A stretch of 64,000 nucleotides of DNA from positions 10,998,421 to 11,062,420 of the forward strand of contig NC_081397.1 of NCBI RefSeq assembly GCF_030684315.1, given 5' to 3'. The translations under genes and the position numbers were made by a program. Of the stretch, positions 54,246 to 64,000 are shown in pieces. The stretch comes from Stegostoma tigrinum. Lineage: Eukaryota. Within the stretch, counting starts at the first letter, position 1. The number at the start of each line of letters is the position of its first letter. Under the pieces are notes generated by a model. It did not search any database, was not told where the DNA came from, and saw nothing but the letters and a program-made list of their open reading frames with translations.

Positions 54246-56040
54246 TCCTGGGTCAAATTGAGGACACATTGATGGGAGGGGGAGTTGAACTGGTTCGCAA
54301 CTGGGAGGTGCGGTTATTTACTGCGAGCGTAGGTGTTCTGCAAAGCAGTCTGTAAGCCTCCACTTGGTTTCCCCAATGCACAGAAGGCCACACCATGTAC
54401 AGCGGATGCAGTATAACACATTGGCAGATGTGCAGGTGACTATCTGCTTGATATGGAAAGTCATCTTGGGGCCTGGGATGGGGGTGAAGGAGGTGGTGTG
54501 GGGGCAGGTGTAGCACTTCTTGCAGTTGCAGGGGAAGGTGCCGGGTGTGGTGGGGTTGTAGGGGAGTGTTGAGTGGATGAGGCAGTCGCGGAGAGAGTGG
54601 TCTCTCTGGAAGGCAGGCAAGGGTGGGGATGGAAAAATACCTTTGGTGGTGGGGTCGGATTGTAGATAGCAGAAGTGTCGGAGGATGATGTGTTGTTTCC
54701 GGAGGTTGGAGGGGTGGTATGTGAGAACGAGGGGGATTCTATTGGGGCAGTTATTGAGAGGGTGGGGTGTGAGGGATGAGGTACAGGAAATGCGGGAGAC
54801 ACGGCCGAGGGTGTTCTTGACCACTGTCGGGGGAGGGTGGGGTGGAATGTTGCGGCCCTTGAAGAACGAGGACATCTGGGTTGTGCAGGAGTGGAATGCC
54901 TCATCCTGGGAGCAGATGCGGCAGCGGTGACGGAATTGGGAATAGGGGATGGAATTTTTGCAGGAAGGTGGTTGGGAGGAGGTGTATTCATGGTAGCTGT
55001 GGGAGTCGGTGGGCTTGAAATGGGCATTGGTTTATAGGTCAGAGATAATGGGAACTGCAGATGCTGGAGAATCCAAGACAACAAAATGTGAGGCTGGATG
55101 AACACAGCAGGCCAAGCAGCATCTCAGGAGCACAAAAACTGACGTTTCGGGCCTAGACCCTTCATCAGAGAGCTCTCTGATGAAGGGTCTAGGCCCAAAA
55201 CGTCAGCTTTTGTGCTCCTGAGATGCTGCTTGGCCTGCTGTGTTCATCCAGCCTCACATTTTGTTGTATTGGTTTATAGGTGGTCGCCTGAGATCGCGAC
55301 AGAAAGGTCCAGGAGGGTGAGGGATGTGTTAGAGATGGTCCAGGTGAACTTGAGGTTGGGGTGGAAGGTTTTGATGAAATGGATGAACTGTTCGAGCTCC
55401 TCTTTGGAGCATGAGGCAGCACCAATACATTCATCAATGTAACTGAGGAAGAGGTGGGGTTTGGGGCCAGTGTAGGTGCGGAAGAGGGACTGTTCCACAT
55501 TACCTACAAAGAGACAGGCGTAGCTTGGGCCCATTCCTCAGACGACATTTCCATCCTGGGCGTCCTGCAGTACCCTTAGTTTGCAGGAAAAACAACTCGT
55601 ATTCCGCTAGGGAACCCTGCAGCCCAATGGGATCAATGTGGATTTCACCAGCTTTAAAATCTCTCGTCCACACACTGCGTCCCAAAACCAGCCCAGCTCG
55701 TCCCAGCCTGCCTAACCTGTTCTTCCTCTCACCTATCCCCTCCTCCCACCTCAAGCCGCACCTCCATTTCCACCCTGCTAACCTCATCTTGCCCCCTTGA
55801 CCTATCTGTCCTCCCCGGGCTGACCGATCCCCTCCCTAACTCCCCATCCATACTCTCCTCTCCACCTATCTTCTCCTCTGTCCATCATCAGTCCACCTCC
55901 CCTCTCTCCCCATTTATTTCAGCATCCTCTGCCCATCCCCCTTTTCGAATGAAGGGTCCAGGCCCGAAACGTCAGCTTTTGTGCTCCTCAGATGCTGCTT
56001 TGCCTGCTGTATTCATCCAGCTCGACACTGTGTTGTCATA
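54245..56040. mobile_element. Neptune-type Penelope-like element with 5' inversion (54245-55535 minus; 55535-56040 plus) and nested hairpin insertion
   Basis: MGPSYACLFVG...FLSYIDECIG (RT), TSANVLYCIRCTWCGLLCIGETKWRL (GIY-YIG). Confidence 0.9.
55141..55168 (-). ncRNA. Minimal type-I hammerhead ribozyme core in Penelope terminal repeat
   Basis: Minus strand CUGAUGA-AGGGUC-UA-GGCCC-GAAAC-GUC: both conserved core boxes, stem II and a GUC cleavage triplet. Confidence 0.7.
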
Positions 56041-56364
56041 AGATTAGACGTGATGTTTTGAATTAGGGAGCACATCTAAAGGGTCGAATGGCCGGCAGCT
56101 ACTCCACTTGCCCATCAGATTGTGAGACAGCCGCAGGGAGGCAGTTACTAACATGTTCCGGGAAACGATCGAAGTTCATCGTTCAGCTTCTGTTTCACGC
56201 TCTTGTTTTTGCGAATTGGAATTGAATCGTCGGAAAGAAAAGTCATTACATACAAACGTTCTCTGCTCTTTCCCCCACAGCCCTCAGTTGCTTTGCTGAA
56301 ACTGGGAGAAAAGTGAATTGGGGAAATGATCAGTTGAAGTTTGTTTCTGGGAATTATTCGGAAA

Positions 56365-56830
56365 AGTAGCGCATGCGCGATTTCCCCCACCCCCTCGAAA
56401 AAGAGCATTTGTTTGTTTAGAGGAGCGCATGCGTAAGGCCTTGCCCCAGCGCTGCCATTGAGGGGCATTGAGTCAGTGAGTGGAAGAGGTTTGTTTGAAA
56501 CAGGCCGCAATGGAGAGACCAGCGCCCAGGGAAGCGAGGGAACAGCAGGCTCCTTCCAGCAGCGCATCGAGATGTGAGTCTGGGACACAGAGGGGGCTCC
56601 GAGACCGGCATTGATTCGGGCTCAGTTCAGGGAGAACCGGGGGCTGTAGGTAAGAGGCCGAGCGGAGCAGGAACTGGTCCCGGAACTTGAAGAGAGAGGC
56701 CTTTCTCGGGCTGTGTGTGGGCCTGCTGAGGGAGACACAGCGGCAAGAAGCTGCTGCTGGGGGTCAGTCTTGTAGCTTTTAGTCTTCTAAACACTGCTGG
56801 AAATTCATTGTTTGGCTTCTGTTTCATGCT
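56365..56830 (+). other. Conserved head of multicopy unit, copy G (exon 1 56510-56573)
   Basis: NRF1-like sites at 56369 and 56425, TGAGTCA at 56469, ATG at 56510, GTGAGT at 56574. Confidence 0.65.
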
Positions 56831-57339
56831 GTTTGTTAACATTGTGCAGTCTAAGTCGAAACACAGATAAGACTATGGAAGTATAAGAACCCTGTAACGG
56901 ACATTGATCAGAGTCAATGTATTCGACAGTTAGTGATTTGGGATTTGGTAACGGCGCAGACATCGCAGTGGCTTTGGGTAGCACCTTACGTAGAGCTGTC
57001 CAATTATCGTTCCACTTCTGGATTTTACTCAATTGGTATCGAAGCATATATATTTAAAACAGAAATTATCCTTAGACAAGGAGCAGCTCAAGGTTAAAAT
57101 GGAATCAGAGCTGTGTTTGAATTGATGATTTTAAGTAAAGGCAGAAGTCTCATGACACTGTCATCATCCGACAGGTTATTTTAAAATGATAGGCTTTTGG
57201 AGCACTGGTCTTCATCAGAAGAAGTTAAAGAAAAGAATCATCCTAATAATTACTAACTGAATATTACATTAATCTTTTTGACATTGTAAAACTTAGTTGA
57301 TGTTGATTTACAGGAGTAAACTCTTCTGTCTTCCCAGAG

Positions 57340-57421
57340 GAAAATACTTGCAGGAACAAGACAATGTAATACTTGGCCAATACAAAGCTAAGGGTGACCA
57401 GCTGCTTCTAACAAACAACAG
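57340..57421 (+). other. Putative exon 2, copy G (82 nt)
   Basis: tcttcccagag| ... CAG|gtatgt; KYLQEQDNVILGQYKAKGDQLLLTNN, but the junction codon with exon 1 would be a stop. Confidence 0.5.
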
Positions 57422-58254
57422 GTATGTTACCATGTCCGAGCAGAGAACATCCTTTCCACAGGCACAGAACAAATTGAGTCAGAGATACATTAAACTCAAT
57501 TTCTGGTGACATGCTTTCAAGACAACAGTCAAACACAACCAACAAAATACAAATAGTTCTTTCTCTCCCTCTGTTTTCTCAACACACACCACCCCATTTC
57601 AAAAAAATTCATCATTTGTAGCCTATTGGCATTTACAACATTTTTGAAAATGAATAGACTGAATTTTCATCTGAAATAGACACAAAAGAACTGCAGTAAA
57701 TCTGCATTTAGTAACTATGTTTTCAAAGTTACTGTCAAGGTGAAGAAATAGTTCATGCTGCTACATAGTTACACCAACCATACATCTAGCAGATAATGAG
57801 GACAGATATGGAGGAAAACATTGACATTATTATCAGTAACCGAGCAGGACAGCATTAATCTTTTGTCAAATAGATGTCCCAGGCACAGCCAGAACAATTA
57901 AATAATGTGCCTTCAAAATGCACATCCTGTCCCAAAGCCTAACGTAGAATGCCAGCAGAGTGTGTGTGCACACTTTCTGGCACACACGCACTCCACTGAG
58001 TTGTAAATATATACACTATCCCCATCACATGTGTTACACCATCTAACAGCCATGAAGATCATGTATATTGCAAACCTCAGAATGTGTAATATTGAAGAAG
58101 ACTTCCACTCACGGATTTCAGGTCAGAGAGGTAGCCTTTCATGATAAGAGACAAATAGAACAGAATGTGAGCTAAATACTTCAATCCTCATGTGTACATG
58201 CACTCCCGTGTTCATAATGTGAATATCACTCATTCATTATATGGGGGGGAAAAA

Positions 58255-59080
58255 AAATTGGACAAATTTTGTGGAGTTCAGTTCAGGCAAATGCGAGGTG
58301 ATGCATTTTGGAAGATCCAATTCAAAAGTGAACGATACGGAAAATGGACAAGCCCTGGCAAAAATTGATGCTCAGAGATCTGGGTGTTCAGGTCCATTGT
58401 ACCCGAAGGTGGCAACACAGTTCGATAGAATGGCCAAGAAGACATGTTGCATTCTTTGCTTCATCAGATGGGTCGTTTAGTGCAAGAGTTGGCAGGTCAT
58501 GTTACAGTTGTATCGGACTTTGGTTTGTACACACTTAGAATCCTGTATACAGTTCAGGTCGCCACATTACCAAAAGGATCTTGATGCTTTGGAGAAGGTT
58601 GCAGAGGAAGTTAACAAAGATGTTGCCTGGTATGGAGGGTGCTAGCTCTGAATAGAGTTTGAGTACATGAGGATTATTTACATTAGAAAGATGGAGGTTG
58701 AGTGGGGACTTGATTGAGGCCGACAGAGTCATGAGTTGCAACAACAGGGTGGATAGCAAGAAGCTTTTTCCTCGAGTGTGGAACTCGATGACTAGGGGTA
58801 ATGATTTCAAGGTGAGGGGGGACAAGTATAAGGATGATATGCATGGAAAATTCTTTACACCGAGGGCGGTGGGTGCCTGGAAAACTTTGCCAGCGGAGGT
58901 GGTAGAGATGTGCGTGATAGTGTCACTTTAAGATGTATCGAGACAGACACAAGACTGGACAGGGAGCAGAGGGATACAGATCCTTGGAATATAGGCGACA
59001 GGTTTCGGCAGAGGATATGGATCGGCGCAGGCTTGGAGGGCCAAAGGGCCTGTTCCTTTGCTGGAATTTTTTTTTTGTTC
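58255..59080 (+). mobile_element. CR1 LINE 3' portion
   Basis: FSSGKCEVMHFGRSN; GDLIEADRVM; same subfamily as 19290-20345. Confidence 0.88.
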
Positions 59081-59539
59081 TTTGACACACTGAATTCCCA
59101 AGAAGTAGTCCAAGAAATATATCGAGCAAGAGATTAATTTCACCTCTCTACGTGTTACCATCTCATCGACTTAGAGGTAATTAATGTGTCATTTCCTTTT
59201 CTACAAACTGGAGAAATTGCATATCAGGACAGGTTTCAGATTGAAATTGACATTGACATTGCATTTGTTTGCATAAAACTACAAACTGAATAGTGAAAAC
59301 CATCTGAAACACTTCTACTGTATATAAACTTTGCTATTTAAATAGACCAGAAGGAAATCAAATATTGACCTGAAATGATACAGAAAATAACCTACATTCA
59401 GGCAGATAACCTAGATTGTTGACTATACAATTAATAATGTCTCATACAGTGAGCTTGCAACAACAAATGAACATTAAACTCTAAATGTGTCCAGACCAGA
59501 GACAGACCAAGCCGGAATAAGACATAAACCCGACCCTAG

Positions 59540-60070
59540 AAATTATACAGGGAGAGAATGATAAATGCATTCACACATTCACAAACCAGATAGCTTCAGG
59601 CATAGCCTAATAACTCATCTGTCAGATTTACAGGACAGGATTTGACAGGGCCAAATGGGTAAATACACTTGCACAGCCATAGAGAAGAAACTGACAGGCA
59701 CATATTGATAACAGTACACTCATTCACACATCAGAAAGTGACAGGGACAGTAAGATAATTACACACACATTCAGACTGCAAAAACTGACAGGTACAGGCT
59801 GATAAATACATCCACACATGACAGGAAAGCAAAAGCATAAGCATATGTAGATTGATAACAACATTTGCATATTCACAGAAGATTTTGACTAGGACATATT
59901 TGTAACACTTTTGCATTCATGAGAGAGGAATTGATGGATATAGATTGATAACTAAACTCTCATATTTCACAGCAGAAACTGAGAGGGACAGTTGGATGGT
60001 GACGCTTATATCTTCACGTGACAGCTACCAACAAGTACGGATCAATGCTTATCACTCACACCCATATATT
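59540..60070 (+). repeat. Degenerate ~49-bp tandem repeat array
   Basis: gaaactgacagg..ttgataac units. Confidence 0.8.
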
Positions 60071-62504
60071 CATAGATGTCTGCAGCACAGCAAACAGACC
60101 TTTCTCTCATTGAACCTGCACTGTTTAGAAACAACCAGCCGACAATTCTACATCAATTCAGCCAGTATTCTAATTCCATAAATGTGTCATGTTGGCAGAT
60201 GAAGTATCATCCTCACCTTTATCAGTTGTCAATTGCTTCACCTAGCATGATTAGAATATCTTTTATTCTATCTTAAGCAAGAGGACTTTATAATCATAGA
60301 CCTTTTGTTTTCAAATTAGCTTAAATTTTGTTCAAATAGCCCTGTGTTCCTCTTGACATTCCATCTGAATTTTTACATCAAACACAAGGACGCTTCATGC
60401 CATTTTTTTCAAACAAGCAATATAACTACATAACCGTCCTCATTTATATTTTGCAAAGAGGGTTCAACAGTGTTTATTCTTCAGTAAATTCAGTTTGACG
60501 GCCCCAGTTTTACCCACTACATGACAGAAAACAAAAGTTCAACACCGAGCATGTTAATGTCTGTGCCATAAAACAAAATCGAAGTGAGAAAGCTAATTTT
60601 TTTTCCTGCACAAGCAACATTGTGGTCAGTCAGCCGCAATGCAGTTCATTTGTTCATTGCACTTCATCTTTGGCAATAACATAGAAAATTAACATCTTTA
60701 GTTTAGCAGCATTCCAAGACTTGTGCCACTATGCAATGTTGAATGATATTAATATCATCCTGAAAATATCCTTTGATATCACCACAGCGATTAGTCTCTG
60801 CAATGTATCCTTTACAAAGATCCATTTATTTTCTGTCCTCAACTCTTGAGGAAAAGCACAGACGCATTTCAGTTGCAATGTCTTGCATTTTCACTTGCTT
60901 ATAAATGTTGTAGGCACAAACAACTGAAGAACATAGGCTGTTTCCCATATGCGAAAGGAGAGATGAACTGAAAACTCTGTCCTCTGCCATGGTGGTAATT
61001 GGCTGCCCACTTTCCAAGAAATACTTAATCTGCTCAGTAACGCAATGCAGGAAGATGGAAATAGGATCAATTGAGTGTATCTGTCTGTCTTGTTTCATAA
61101 CAGCAGCTCCTGTGCCAATGCACGGTGGGTACAGAATAACTTACAAAGCACGGAGATGCTGCCAGGTTAGTAGATACCCAGGCGAAAACAAAAGAAAATG
61201 CCATTTCTCTTAAATATCACCTGGGTGGGAGAGCTCCTCTTTCATTCAGCATTCATAGGACAGGGTAAGAGTGAAGTACTTCAATCCCGGTATGTGAATG
61301 CTCTCCTTTAGGATTAAGTATGAGGTATCAGCTTGGCATAAAGTAAATTAGTCATGTTCACTACATTAGAAAATACTGAAGCTATTGCATGATCAATGAT
61401 GAATTCTACTGAAACAGCTCAAGAAGTAAATTGAAAGCCAGATTAAATATGCCTCCAAATATCGCACCATGTCTTAGATTTGGACATGTAACTAATGTAT
61501 CAATTTCCTTTGTTGGAACTGAACTATAGTAGGCCAAGTCTAAAATGAAATAAACATTACAATGTAATTTGCCTCCAAAGAGGTACAAATTAAAAAGCAG
61601 CTCTCATCTCGTACAGAAGTACTGCATAAAGGTGTTATTAAATGGACCAAAGAAGAAAGCAAATAGGGTCGTGAACAGATACAGATGCAAACAGATAACT
61701 GGAGATTATTGGCAATGGATTGAAGAAACGCTCACATAATGATCTTGTTACAGGAGGAATAAATTTGAAATACAGAGTCAGATGAGTGACTGCCCAATCC
61801 AGAACCAAACTTACTATCATAACCTGTACAGAGACTCAATATTTGTGGACATTAACCAAACTGCATCTACAGAGTCAGAGACTGACAAAGGTATTAAAAC
61901 AGTTTCATTTACATGATCTGATTCATAGGGCATTGGGTAAAATCTCATTCATGTTGAGCAGCAGAGATTTGAACAACAGAAGGATGTCAGCAGTTCCTAC
62001 AAGTAACATGTTCAATGCAACATTACCCATTTGAACATTACCCACAACATTACCCATTCGTTATCCGTGTGAAATATGATGACAAAGCATGAGGAACACA
62101 TTGACACACAATGCCAGAGACTGAATTGATCCCATGGTGAACGTCAGCCCGATGCTGATGAAACTAACAATAACCACACTTGCAATCTCAGTGGGAGACT
62201 GACTATTTCAGAGAATTCTCACACTCTCTTTATGATTAATGTGGTATAAATTAGTGCTATGATGATTTTATAATACACCTCACCAAGGGTATCAGATCAT
62301 ACATGCCGAGCTAGAAACACAAACAGACATTTAAAGGACAGTGTGACTTAGACCAATACCTATCTTTAATTCAGATTGGCAGCTCATTAGAAAACTCTCT
62401 CTCATACAACAAACAGATGCTGAAAGGAAAGGAATGAAATTGATGCCTGTGGTCATCAGGGACTGTTGGACCAAAGGTCTGTTTCGCAGCTGTATGACTC
62501 TTTG

Positions 62505-63150
62505 ACAATATTACTACCCTCAAATTCACAAAGCAGAAACCGATCGGAAGAAACTTGCAGTAACACTCCCAAGCCTCATGTGGCATAACGAGGCACTCGT
62601 ATTCACAGAGCGGAATCTGACAGGGGGAAATAATAATTATATTTCCATATTCACATCACAGAAACTGAGTGGAAAAGGTTTTCAATTGCACTTCAACATT
62701 CACACAGCAGGTAATGACAGGGACAGATTGATCACAATGTCCGTATATGCACATAGCCAAGAATGATCGGTAGAAATAGATAACTGTATTCTCGTATTCG
62801 CGTAGAGGAAACTGAGTTATAAATTCATAACTACATTTATATATTCACATCACAGAAACTGATAGTTGCAGATGAATAACTACATTCTCAGGTTCCCAGA
62901 GCAGACGTGGACAGGTACGGATTGAAATTTGCACCCAAATATTCACGTTGCATGTTCACACATCATTATCAACAGATTAATAAGAAAACTCACATCTAAA
63001 TAACAGAAACAGATACTGATTGCTGTGTGAAGATGCAGTTGTATTTTTCAATCAGTCCCTGCCAGTTTTCACAATGTGGATATGTGATTTTAGTTGTCAA
63101 TCGATACCTGTCAGTGACTGCCACGTGAATGTGAGGGTAGTGTAATGCAT
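62505..63150 (+). repeat. Degenerate ~49-bp tandem repeat array (last ~130 bp inverted)
   Basis: attcacatcacagaaactga units; orientation flips at ~63020. Confidence 0.75.
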
Positions 63151-64000
63151 GTTAACTACATGGATTTTAGTAAGACATTTGATAAAGTACCATGCAGCAG
63201 ATGAATCAGAAATAGAAAGGCTCATGGGATACAAAGCAATGTGTTAAATTGGAAGCAAAGTTGGCTCAGCAACAGGAATCAAATGGTCAATGGCTGCCCT
63301 TGTAAATGGAAAGCTGTTTCAGGTGGTGTTTCGCACAGCTCAGTGTTGGGACCGCTGCTGTTTGTTTTATATGGTAACAACTTGAACGTGTGGGTTACGA
63401 TTGGGAAATTTTCAGCCAACACAAAAATTTATCAGTGTACTGGTAGTGCAGAGGATAACTGTCAGCTCCAAAATGATAGAGAAGGTTTGGTGGAAGGGGC
63501 AGATGAGTGGCACATGGAGTTCAACTCTGATAAATGTGAGGTAATGCATTTCAAGAGGTGAAAGGACATGAAATGGGAATACATGAGGTGGTGTGGAAAT
63601 TGTAGATAAAGTGAGTGGTCTTGGTGTGCAAGTGTACTGGAGTGTGACAATAGCAGTACAGGTGGATAAGGTTGTTAAACGAGGTATATAGAATGCTGTC
63701 CTTCTTTGACAGAGGTATGAAGCACGCAAGTAGGGCCAGAACGATGAAACTATATAAGACACTGGTGAGGCTGGAACTGATGTATTGTGCGCCGCTATGG
63801 TCACCATATTACAGCAAGATGTTATTGCTCTGGATATATTGCAGAGAAGATTTACTGGAATGTTGCCAGGGCTGGAGAGTTGTAGCTATGAGGAATAATT
63901 GTAGAGGTTGAAGCTGTATTATTTTGAACAGTGAAAGCTGGGAGTGCCATGTTTGAGGCAATTGGGATGGGCAGAGATAGAATCAACAGGGGGAATCTGT
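63150..64000 (+). mobile_element. CR1 LINE ORF2 fragment
   Basis: [17 protein letters not shown]; MEFNSDKCEVMHF; LYKTLVRLELMYCAPLWSP. Confidence 0.88.

Noticed and set aside
59945-60181. Short ORFs through the 49-bp arrays as a repeat protein
   Set aside because: Period is not a multiple of 3, and frames are full of stops and indels
61394-61470. ATGATGA...CTGA as a C/D box snoRNA, and snoRNA-host model for the unit
   Set aside because: Boxes are too close, no terminal stem, and not conserved in paralogous segments (21100-21180, 59080-59170); no intronic snoRNA recognised by eye

Overview
Eukaryotic (vertebrate) DNA, most likely an elasmobranch/shark judging by HE1-type V-SINEs, CR1 LINEs and Neptune/Penelope-like elements (taxon is an inference). 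The window is a replication-dependent histone gene cluster with 8 intact intronless genes, each ending in the histone 3' stem-loop: H4(+), H3(+), H2A(-), H2B(-), H1(+), H2A(+), H3(-), H1(-). There is also an H1 3'-end remnant. The genes sit in diverged, partly inverted duplicates of an ancestral H1-H4-H3-H2A-H2B unit, with reciprocal losses of H1 and H4. Interspersed is a 7-copy non-histone unit that I cannot assign to a known family. It has a near-invariant GC-rich head (NRF1, AP-1 and CHR-like motifs, a 21-codon ATG exon and a GTGAGT donor; 4 copies), an ~82-nt second exon with conserved splice sites (7 copies) and co-oriented arrays of a degenerate 49-bp repeat. Three of the four heads lie head-to-head with an H1 gene or H1 remnant. 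Numerous short Penelope-terminal fragments carry minimal hammerhead-ribozyme cores, insert with 11-14 bp target-site duplications and often form hairpin pairs. Repeat boundaries were read by eye and are approximate.
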